Source: a virus (lineage: Duplodnaviria > Caudoviricetes). From it: DNA of 34,052 nucleotides. Below are positions 26,580 through 34,052 of the stretch, one piece after another. The stretch's first letter is position 1. Each line of letters opens with the position of its first letter. Location of the stretch: the IMG/VR virus record IMGVR_UViG_3300009788_000219, positions 1 through 34,052 of that record. The stretch is one strand, 5' to 3'. The notes under the pieces were generated by a model. That model ran no database searches. It had not been told where the DNA came from and saw nothing but the letters and a program-made list of their open reading frames with translations. The position numbers and the translations under genes were made by a program.

Positions 26580-27813
26580 GTTTATCCCCTTTCCATGATG
26601 ATTTGCAAAGAGGGCAAATAGCAGGGAGTCTCTTTTCATCTTTTTGCAGCATGGTGCTCCATTCTTTTAATGATGCCTCATGTCTTTCAAAAAGAGTGAT
26701 CTCATTAGAAATATTTAATTCTTTATTTTCTAATTCTCCAATAGTGTCATCCAACATTTCTAATTGCATAATTTTATCAGCAGTATTTTCCAACCAAGGT
26801 TGATTATTTTCAAGAAAAAGAATTGCAGTATCATGTTTTATTATTTGCTGTTCAATATTTTGGATATGGAGTGTAGAAAAACCTATATCATTTTCAATTT
26901 CTTTTATCTTAGAAATAGCTTTTTCAGCTTCTGGAAGCCAATCCTGATGTACTACTAAGATTGATTGATTTTTATAAAAAGAAGTGAGAGAAATGTTTAT
27001 AGACTTTTGATTATCAAGTATATGAGCTTCTTTATTATAGAGAGATAACCACCTTTCTACTAAAGGAGAAGTATTTTTAGTCCATTTAAATAATTCAAGA
27101 ACATCTTTTAAACCATTATACTTATCAATTTCTTCGATTATGGTGTTTTCTTTATCTTCCAAATCTTCAATATCTTTCTCTACTTTTTCCAAACGTTTAA
27201 ATACTGGTTCAGCTTTCAAAATCCAGCCTAGAGATTTAATATCTCTTTCACAAGAAGTAATTTTCTCAGTTTCAGCTTCTCTTAATTTTTTAATAGATCT
27301 TTTTTTACTTTCTACAGCAGTTAAAGCTCTTGGGATTTCATCCAGTTTGACAACCGAGTTAAGGAATCTTGCAACTTCCTGGCCTCCTTTACCGCCTGAA
27401 TGAAGCAAGAAAAGACTATCATGCTGATTCTGAATATTGACTTCACCCATGTTAAACCATTTTTTAACTTCATCAGGGACTCCTACACCAGCTCTCGCCA
27501 GATCTTTACCATTAATTCGATAACCATTGAAACTGAGAGATCTTTCCCGAATAAGAATAGAACCATCTTCCCGAATACATTCAACTTTACAAGATCGATC
27601 AATTACAGTCATTCCTTTTTTAGTTTGATGTTTGGCCCAATAGGATATAAAGCCGGTTCCTGCAGGTTCATTATTAACAGCCCAATTCAATCCTCTCATG
27701 ATGGCTGTTTTACCTTCGTGAGATTCTCCGGTTAAACTCGTTATCCCCTCATCCAATTCAATGAAAGAATCAATATGAGCTTGAAAATTAACTAATCTAA
27801 GTGACTTAAGCAT
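26563..27813 (-). CDS. sbcC: SbcC/Rad50-like ATPase, N-terminal half ending at the zinc hook
   Basis: L.L.NFQAH, Walker A GESHEGKT, Q-loop IQNQHD, a coiled coil, and terminal CPLC. Confidence 0.88.
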   Translation of the reverse strand: MLKSLRLVNFQAHIDSFIELDEGITSLTGESHEGKTAIMRGLNWAVNNEPAGTGFISYWAKHQTKKGMTVIDRSCKVECIREDGSILIRERSLSFNGYRINGKDLARAGVGVPDEVKKWFNMGEVNIQNQHDSLFLLHSGGKGGQEVARFLNSVVKLDEIPRALTAVESKKRSIKKLREAETEKITSCERDIKSLGWILKAEPVFKRLEKVEKDIEDLEDKENTIIEEIDKYNGLKDVLELFKWTKNTSPLVERWLSLYNKEAHILDNQKSINISLTSFYKNQSILVVHQDWLPEAEKAISKIKEIENDIGFSTLHIQNIEQQIIKHDTAILFLENNQPWLENTADKIMQLEMLDDTIGELENKELNISNEITLFERHEASLKEWSTMLQKDEKRLPAICPLCKSSWKGDKHENSR

Positions 27814-28310
27814 AAGTACCTCCCATATTCAGCTATAAGTACAGCATCAGCTCTGCCATCTTTTGTTTTTAAAAAAATACTTATCATATCAGGATAATGA
27901 AGCCGGCATAATTCAACAGCAGCCTGTTTTCCTTTCTTCAGTAATTTATGGTGTTTTTTCCATACAGGAGGAGTAGTATAATGAATTCTGCTTCCTCCAG
28001 TAGTTCTTATAATACTTTCAATCCTTCCAAATGTCTGTCCAAAGGCAAAAGCACTTACAGCACCATCTCCAGGCATAGAAGTTACTTTTTCTATTATTAC
28101 TAATTCTGGTCTCCATGCTCTTACCATGTCTTTATACATAATAAAGAACTCTTCAATATCTAATTGATTATTCTTTTTTTGTTTTCCACTTTTAGTTTTT
28201 GTAGTTTTAAAAGTAGTTAATAGAGGCAGATCATGAACTTCAAGAACTTCTTTATGTTGGATAGCAGCGATTGCCCCAGCTACACCAGGATCTATACCTA
28301 TAATAATCAA
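27792..28310 (-). CDS. ruvC: RuvC-like Holliday junction resolvase
   Basis: IGIDPG..GAIA, IIEKV, SAFAFG..FG, P.VWK and DGRADAVLIA motifs. Confidence 0.88.
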   Translation of the reverse strand: MIIIGIDPGVAGAIAAIQHKEVLEVHDLPLLTTFKTTKTKSGKQKKNNQLDIEEFFIMYKDMVRAWRPELVIIEKVTSMPGDGAVSAFAFGQTFGRIESIIRTTGGSRIHYTTPPVWKKHHKLLKKGKQAAVELCRLHYPDMISIFLKTKDGRADAVLIAEYGRYLCLSHLD

Positions 28311-28540
28311 TTGAATAACCTTCTTTGCTTAGGGTCTTCCATTTTATGCATCAGAGCATCATTCAGATAATTTAAACCTAAAGCAGCCAGAACAAATTGT
28401 TCTCTATCATTAAAAGCCATTCTAAGAGACATGCTGAAATTACGATTTCTATTCATATGAATTGTAAATGACTGATATTTAGCATACATTTGTGTGTCAG
28501 TCACATTGTTTTCTTTCATTAATTGTCTAAGATCTTTCAT
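28307..28540 (-). CDS. Hypothetical protein
   Basis: Overlaps both neighbours by 4 nt, consistent with translational coupling. Confidence 0.7.
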   Translation of the reverse strand: MKDLRQLMKENNVTDTQMYAKYQSFTIHMNRNRNFSMSLRMAFNDREQFVLAALGLNYLNDALMHKMEDPKQRRLFN

Positions 28541-29769
28541 TCGTATTTTCTCCCAAGGCCGCTTTTAGCAGCAGCTTCAATAGCTTCCCATTTATCAGTA
28601 ACTTTTTTATCAAGTTCTTTTTTTAATATAGGATCCTTCATTATTTGAAGTCTGAGAGTATTGAAATCAATAGGAGCTCCAAAATGATCATCAAAAATCA
28701 ATTTTAATTTAGGAAAGACAGTTATAAATTTCATTACAATACTAAGTTTAACAGCTCTTTTACCATCTATTTTTTTTCTAAAAGTTTGATATTTCTTTTT
28801 AATACCTTCATTTAAATTTAACCATTCTACTACACCAGCAAGATCTAATTTGGGTTTATCTGCAACTTCCCAGGGAATATTGTTAGCAATAGTTTTTCGA
28901 TACTCACCTTTGTCTTTACTTCTAATATCATAAAGAAAAGTAAGACTGGTTCCAACATCATCAATACCATAGTCAGTATAATAAAGGAAACGAGCTTTTC
29001 TTTTCATTCTGCCATCACGGGACTTAAGACCTTCTACTTCTACAAAGATACCATTTACAAGATCACTACCTTCATTTTTAAGATCTTTAATAGGAGTGAA
29101 CCACACTTCTATATCCATCCAGTGTTTTTTAGCTTTTCCTCCAGAAGTTTTTAATTTTTTCTGATATTGTTTAGCTCCTATTTTTTCCCGAACCTGACTG
29201 ACGATACCCAATATAACTTTACTACCTTGTAGTTTAGCTGTTTGAGTTCGGAAGAATTCCTGACTTAAGAACTTTGCAGAAGCCATCCCATAAGTACCTT
29301 CATCAAAAGTTTTACCTTTCTCATATTCTTCTTTTCTTTTTTTTGAACGACTCATTTTATCTTCATCAGAGATAGAATCTAAACTGTCCATTAAATAAAT
29401 TCCAAAATGCTTTTTGGGAAGCATTCCAAGAAAGATAGAAAGTCTGGCATCCATATCTTCTACTGTTTTAGGTCTAATAGGGAGTTTTTTTGTGTGTTCA
29501 AGTAAAAGATTGCCTCCCATAATATCTACACCATACAATTCAGTAGTATCAAAATTATTTCCATTTTCACCATCTTCATATTGCCAATCAAACTTATCTT
29601 TTCTATGGTGATGTTCTGCAGCAATCATTTCATTTCCGAGCATGGATTTACCACTACCAGTATCTCCACATAGATTGATAGCTATTCCATAGGGAATTCC
29701 AAGTCCTCTGCCTCCTCCAAAATATAAATCAAGTAGATGGCAGCCAGTTCTGGCAAATTCAGTTTTCAT
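28537..29769 (-). CDS. recA: RecA/UvsX-like recombinase
   Basis: TG..LLD...GG…G.P.G, Walker A GDTGSGKS, MDSLD, SQVREKIG…TSGGKA and YGID motifs. RBS-supported start at 29769. Confidence 0.9.
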   Translation of the reverse strand: MKTEFARTGCHLLDLYFGGGRGLGIPYGIAINLCGDTGSGKSMLGNEMIAAEHHHRKDKFDWQYEDGENGNNFDTTELYGVDIMGGNLLLEHTKKLPIRPKTVEDMDARLSIFLGMLPKKHFGIYLMDSLDSISDEDKMSRSKKRKEEYEKGKTFDEGTYGMASAKFLSQEFFRTQTAKLQGSKVILGIVSQVREKIGAKQYQKKLKTSGGKAKKHWMDIEVWFTPIKDLKNEGSDLVNGIFVEVEGLKSRDGRMKRKARFLYYTDYGIDDVGTSLTFLYDIRSKDKGEYRKTIANNIPWEVADKPKLDLAGVVEWLNLNEGIKKKYQTFRKKIDGKRAVKLSIVMKFITVFPKLKLIFDDHFGAPIDFNTLRLQIMKDPILKKELDKKVTDKWEAIEAAAKSGLGRKYE

Positions 29770-30139
29770 TTTTATATCCTTCTTTATTGCTGAGTTTACC
29801 TGGTTTTCGATCCAGGAGCTCTTTGAGGGTGTTATAATCTTCATGATGAATTACATCCTTTCCTTGATAGATACTTACTCTTAAACGATTCATAGCAATA
29901 ATTCTCCACATTCGTGTACGATTTTTATCTTTAGGGAAAGGAATTATTTTCCATTTGGAAGTTCCTTTTCTTATTTTTAAGAATTGAATTAGCTGATCTC
30001 GTTTAAAATACCAATGCTTATCTTTAGGATTCTTCCAGGCAAACGGTTGTAATCTTAAGGTTTGAATAGAATATTCTAATTCAAATCGTTTAATCATTGC
30101 TAAAGCTTCACCAGTCTTTAAGTATACCTCAGATGGCAT
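29759..30139 (-). CDS. Excisionase/MerR-like HTH DNA-binding protein
   Basis: YLKTGEA…SIQTLR…WYFKRDQL..FL pattern. Basic protein. Confidence 0.55.
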   Translation of the reverse strand: MPSEVYLKTGEALAMIKRFELEYSIQTLRLQPFAWKNPKDKHWYFKRDQLIQFLKIRKGTSKWKIIPFPKDKNRTRMWRIIAMNRLRVSIYQGKDVIHHEDYNTLKELLDRKPGKLSNKEGYKNEN

Positions 30140-30142
30140 ATT

Positions 30143-30439
30143 TTATTTCCTCATTGCCAAAACAGTAATTCTAATTGGTTTTTCAGAAGAACAAGTTTCA
30201 CAGACAGTAACTTCTGCACTGAATATCTTATCAGCCATATCTTCATTAGGACCCATCACAGCAGCTAAAGGAGCATGTCCTCCTAGTACCATAGTTAAAC
30301 CCTGCTGCCGTTGTAATGCCTTAGCATTTAAACCATAACGTTCAATTCGAACACGATAAAACAAAGGAACACCAGAAGCTCCAATAGGTTTATTGCATAT
30401 TCCGCAAATTGCAGCTTCTCTTAATTCTTTTTCTTTCAT
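30143..30439 (-). CDS. Small zinc-finger-like protein
   Basis: CGIC … CETC pairs. AAGGA RBS. Confidence 0.7.
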   Translation of the reverse strand: MKEKELREAAICGICNKPIGASGVPLFYRVRIERYGLNAKALQRQQGLTMVLGGHAPLAAVMGPNEDMADKIFSAEVTVCETCSSEKPIRITVLAMRK

Positions 30440-30452
30440 AATTTATTCCTTC

Positions 30453-30478
30453 AAAAAAAGCCCCCTTTACAGAGGGCT
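30453..30478 (-). terminator. Rho-independent terminator after the SSB gene
   Basis: Minus strand AGCCCTCT-GTAA-AGGGGGCT followed by a T-tract. Confidence 0.8.
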
Positions 30479-30498
30479 CTGTTTTTGCAAATATGTGA

Positions 30499-31674
30499 TT
30501 ATTTCTTTTTGGCTTTTTTGGCTTTATAACAGGCCATTTCCAAATCGCAGTCATCACATTCCGGATGTTTTCCATAATCAGGGCCAAACTTAAAATCTTC
30601 AGGACATTTACTTTTAGAAGATTTCTTTTTGGGAGATGATTTAGAATGGGATGTCGTCGAGGAAGTCTTCTTCTTGTTGCTCTTTTTTACTTTTTTTTTG
30701 GCAACTACAGGTTCTTCTTCTTCGTCATCATCCTCATCATCGTCCTCGTCATCTTCTCCATCAGAATCATCATCGTCAGCATCATCTTCTTCGTCTTCTT
30801 CCTCGTCATCATCTTCATCAGAGTCATCATCATCAGGTTCGTCACCTTCTTCTTCCTCCTCTTCTTCATCATCAAGTTCTTCTTCATCTTCATCATCACT
30901 GACTTCATCATCTTCACCGAAGTAGAATTCTTTGATTTCCTTATTAGTCATAAGTACAAGAGCTTCATCCCAGGAAAAAGCTTTATCAATATCAGAATCC
31001 GGAACAGGTTTTTTCCTGTCAATAAAAGAAAACTGTTTGAACTGTTTCTTTTTATCTTCCGGAACGAGAAACTTAACAATCTTACCTTCATCTTCAACTT
31101 CATAAAAGGCAATAACACCCTCACCATCAGCACATTCTTTTGCAGCATCTGCAAGTTCATCACCAAATATAAAGGTGGAAGCATCAAAGAACATGATTTT
31201 ACCTTTGTCTTCACCTGTCACAGGTTTGACATTGTAAACAGCTCTTCTTTTGGCTCCCAAATTAATAGCCAGTTTTTTAGTTTTTTCACTGCCGGATTCA
31301 TTGTATTCATCCCATAATTCTCTGGAAGCATCACATAAGGCACAGGGTTTTCCATAATTTTTCTGGAGGCAAAGAATATCTTTTGTTTTGTTCACATTCT
31401 TATGAACATAATATTCCATTGAATAATGCAGATCACCCACTTCCAGATCTCCGGAAGCTACCTTTGGGAATAAATCAGATTTAATTTCAAAGGGAATGAT
31501 ATTAAATCTGTTTGATTTACCTCTTGTAACTTTGAATACTTCAGGTTTTTTCTTCAATTTTTTAAAATCAAAAACTCCAGTATAAGAAGACATTCCCCTG
31601 GCATTATTGGTATTAACATGGGATTCAACCCTTTCAGATCCTACTTTTCTTGATTTTTTCTTTTTTGTAGCCAT
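30499..31674 (-). CDS. T4 gp32-like single-stranded DNA-binding protein with an acidic linker and Cys4 tail
   Basis: FNIIPF, YYVH…LC…YGKPCALCD zinc motif, KRR.VYNV, and a long D/E tract. Confidence 0.8.
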   Translation of the reverse strand: MATKKKKSRKVGSERVESHVNTNNARGMSSYTGVFDFKKLKKKPEVFKVTRGKSNRFNIIPFEIKSDLFPKVASGDLEVGDLHYSMEYYVHKNVNKTKDILCLQKNYGKPCALCDASRELWDEYNESGSEKTKKLAINLGAKRRAVYNVKPVTGEDKGKIMFFDASTFIFGDELADAAKECADGEGVIAFYEVEDEGKIVKFLVPEDKKKQFKQFSFIDRKKPVPDSDIDKAFSWDEALVLMTNKEIKEFYFGEDDEVSDDEDEEELDDEEEEEEEGDEPDDDDSDEDDDEEEDEEDDADDDDSDGEDDEDDDEDDDEEEEPVVAKKKVKKSNKKKTSSTTSHSKSSPKKKSSKSKCPEDFKFGPDYGKHPECDDCDLEMACYKAKKAKKK

Positions 31675-31688
31675 AATTTACTACTCCT

Positions 31689-32654
31689 TTAATTTTTAGG
31701 TCTTGCTTTAAAGCAATCATTATCTATTTCACAGTCATCACATTCAGGTTCTAATCCGAAAGATTTACCAAAAGAATAACCAGCAGGGCATTTACCTTCA
31801 GGTTTTTCAGCTTTTTTCTTATCAGCTATTTTTTTCTGAATTTTTTTCCCTTCCACCTGATTGATCTCAGCCTGTTCTTTGATTTTTCTTTTAGTAGGTT
31901 TTTGAGCTTTAAGTTTTCCGGCTGCAGTACCTGTTTTTACAGATCTTTTGGTTTTGGGAGGAACAACAACTTCTTCCTCTTCTTCATCCATATCTACATC
32001 AAGATCTTCATCTTCTTCAAGTTCCGGATCAGAAGTACCAATACCATCATTTTCATCATAGAGTTCTTCATCGTTATCATCAATTTCTTCCTCTTCCTCC
32101 TCTTCATTATCATCAATAATTACTGGTTCAGGTTTAGAAAGTTTCTTTTTCTTCTTGCGCTTCTTATTCATTTCAGAAATACTCAGATCCATAGCCTCAA
32201 TTGCAGCATCTTTGGTTTTCTTTTTATTTTCACGAACATCAGCACTTACTTCTTCTTTAAGAAAATATTTAGTAGTGTGTAATTCAGTGAGGATTTTAAT
32301 CATGCTTCTTTTCTGCTGCATAGCTTCTTCAGCTACACGACAGTAACCATGAGCTTTATTAGTAGTAATAAAAACTTTCTGTGCTTCCATTACTTCTTCA
32401 TCAATAACCGTAAGACTTTCAGCCAATTTATCTGTGGGAACCTTTCCTCCAGGTTCATCTGGTGTTTTATGAAACATAAATCTTTCAGCTCTTACTTTAT
32501 CCAGATTCAATTTTGCTTTATCAACATCTTCTTTTGCATTAACTACAAGCATAGCCCATTCACCATAAACATAAGGCTGCATCTCTGCTTCTACATCCAG
32601 CAAATTTTTATTGATCTGCTTATCGGCTCTTAAGTCCCGATTAATCTCTACCAT
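31689..32654 (-). CDS. uvsY: UvsY-like recombination mediator with an acidic linker and Cys4 tail
   Basis: Helical N-terminal domain (LD.E...QP..Y..W, K.T....ES, A..QK..M...L). Adjacent to the SSB gene. Confidence 0.65.
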   Translation of the reverse strand: MVEINRDLRADKQINKNLLDVEAEMQPYVYGEWAMLVVNAKEDVDKAKLNLDKVRAERFMFHKTPDEPGGKVPTDKLAESLTVIDEEVMEAQKVFITTNKAHGYCRVAEEAMQQKRSMIKILTELHTTKYFLKEEVSADVRENKKKTKDAAIEAMDLSISEMNKKRKKKKKLSKPEPVIIDDNEEEEEEEIDDNDEELYDENDGIGTSDPELEEDEDLDVDMDEEEEEVVVPPKTKRSVKTGTAAGKLKAQKPTKRKIKEQAEINQVEGKKIQKKIADKKKAEKPEGKCPAGYSFGKSFGLEPECDDCEIDNDCFKARPKN

Positions 32655-32668
32655 CTATTTCCTCCATT

Positions 32669-33598
32669 TTAATCTGTAAGACTTCTCACAGTTCTTGTTA
32701 TCAATAAAGGCCATGCTGTTCCAGTATCGAACAGAGGCTCTTCAAACCATTCCAACATTTCAGCAATTGCAGAAGCCTTTGACCCATCTCTTAACATAAT
32801 AGAACAACCATAATTTAAAATAGTTCTTCTTATTGTTTCAGGTTCAATTCTTTCTTTCTTAAGAGCACTAAGTAGTTTTAAAGATTTTCCGGAACTACCG
32901 GTAAAGTACATCCTACAGAAGTTTATTACTTCTGGGATGTCTTCACTAAGTCCTGCTACATTGCTCTCAAGGTACTCCTGAATGTATTCTTCTTCCATTC
33001 CGGATACAGTATCCAATAACTTAACAGCATCACGCACATGACCGTCAGCAGCTTCTGTGAGCATTTCTAATACTTCAGGATCCAGAATGAAATTCTCTTC
33101 CCTGCAGATCTTTTTAAGTAATTTTTTAATGGAAGAATCTTTCACTAAATTAAGTTTAATAGGTGTGCATCTGCCTTTGATTTCATCAATAATTTTTTTT
33201 GGATTAGTGGTGCAGATAAAAAAGAAATCACAAGGAGAGGGTTCTTCTAATAATTTTCTGATACCATTCTGAAAAGCTTTACTGGAATCCTGCATTTCAT
33301 CAAGAATCCATCCCCTGTTACCGTGACTGACAACATTGCATTCTTCAATGATATTTTTAGAATCAGCTTTTAAACCATCCTGAGCTAGATTCATTTCTGT
33401 AATATTGTAAGGATCTATTTCTAAAGCTTTACAAGCTACTCTTGCTAAGGTGGTTTTACCTACTCCATGAGGTCCTACAATGATATAAGCCTGAATAGGA
33501 TTATCTTTTTCAACACTTTTTTCCAGAGCAACAACTTGAGGTCCATTTCCAATTACATCTTTGAAAGTAGTAGGTCTATATTTTTTAGTATAACCCAT
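32669..33598 (-). CDS. dnaX: Clamp-loader AAA+ ATPase (DnaX gamma/tau or RFC-like)
   Basis: KYRP.TF.DVIGN, GPHGVGKTT, ILDE, LLEEP, CTT.P, GRC and G.VRDA motifs. Confidence 0.9.
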   Translation of the reverse strand: MGYTKKYRPTTFKDVIGNGPQVVALEKSVEKDNPIQAYIIVGPHGVGKTTLARVACKALEIDPYNITEMNLAQDGLKADSKNIIEECNVVSHGNRGWILDEMQDSSKAFQNGIRKLLEEPSPCDFFFICTTNPKKIIDEIKGRCTPIKLNLVKDSSIKKLLKKICREENFILDPEVLEMLTEAADGHVRDAVKLLDTVSGMEEEYIQEYLESNVAGLSEDIPEVINFCRMYFTGSSGKSLKLLSALKKERIEPETIRRTILNYGCSIMLRDGSKASAIAEMLEWFEEPLFDTGTAWPLLITRTVRSLTD

Positions 33599-34044
33599 TA
33601 AAAAAGCCTCCCAGATTGCCATATTTTTACTACTTCAATTGGAGCTGTGCTTGCTCTAACAGCATTTTCAATAGTTTGCCAAGCTGCTATCCACATCCAT
33701 AATTGATCAAGTCTTTTATTGTTTGGAGGTTGGATAGTACCTTTCACTAATTTTTCAAAAAGTTTATTCTTATAAGGTTTAAGCCAGTCTCCCATATTAA
33801 AATACAGGTCTTCGCCTTGTTTTATAAATCTGACAGCTTTCTTTCTATTCAAGGGGTGAGCTGATTTAGTTATCATATTGGGAAAATCTGATGCAGATCC
33901 ATATTTATATACTTTATTCATTATAGAGAGATTATCAATTTTTTTTATAGCATCTTCTTTTTCTTGCAATCCAGGAGCTAAAACTTTCACAGTAGCTTCG
34001 TACAATTCATCCCTCATTTCTTTATTCGTCATTTCTTTATTCAT
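33598..34044 (-). CDS. Hypothetical protein
   Basis: Its stop overlaps the clamp-loader start (TAATG). No family recognised. Confidence 0.7.
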   Translation of the reverse strand: MNKEMTNKEMRDELYEATVKVLAPGLQEKEDAIKKIDNLSIMNKVYKYGSASDFPNMITKSAHPLNRKKAVRFIKQGEDLYFNMGDWLKPYKNKLFEKLVKGTIQPPNNKRLDQLWMWIAAWQTIENAVRASTAPIEVVKIWQSGRLF

Positions 34045-34052
34045 TCATATCC

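Noticed and set aside
30629-31317. Poly-Ser, poly-His and Phe/Ile-rich plus-strand ORFs, and an M/K-rich minus-strand ORF
   Set aside because: Shadow frames of the GAT/GAA acidic tract in the SSB gene.
31902-32633. Plus-strand hydrophobic ORFs
   Set aside because: Antisense shadows of the K/E-rich UvsY-like gene, with no supporting signals.

Overview
AT-rich segment of a tailed dsDNA phage (or prophage) with a contractile tail. Plus strand (1-24225): two fibre/lectin-like genes, a small ORF with a multi-pass membrane LuxR-type regulator, a lysis cassette, and then a head-neck-tail-baseplate-fibre operon (DUF2213-type protease/scaffold, DUF2184-type capsid, DUF3383-type sheath, DUF3277-type tube, tape measure, Gp138-type spike, baseplate J). 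Minus strand (24247-34044): a converging early recombination/replication operon with a split SbcC/Rad50, SbcD, RuvC-like, RecA/UvsX-like, gp32-like SSB, UvsY-like and clamp-loader genes. No terminase, portal, integrase, RNA gene or CRISPR array was recognised. The most unusual items are: a circularly permuted M23 endolysin; a membrane LuxR cassette bracketed by 12-bp inverted repeats and RBS-occluding hairpins just upstream of the lysis genes; an overprinted spanin-like pair with no lipobox; a stand-alone 58-aa tape-measure-like mini-protein inside the early operon; and a shared Cys4 tag on the SSB and UvsY. All family assignments come from motif recognition by eye, not from database searches.
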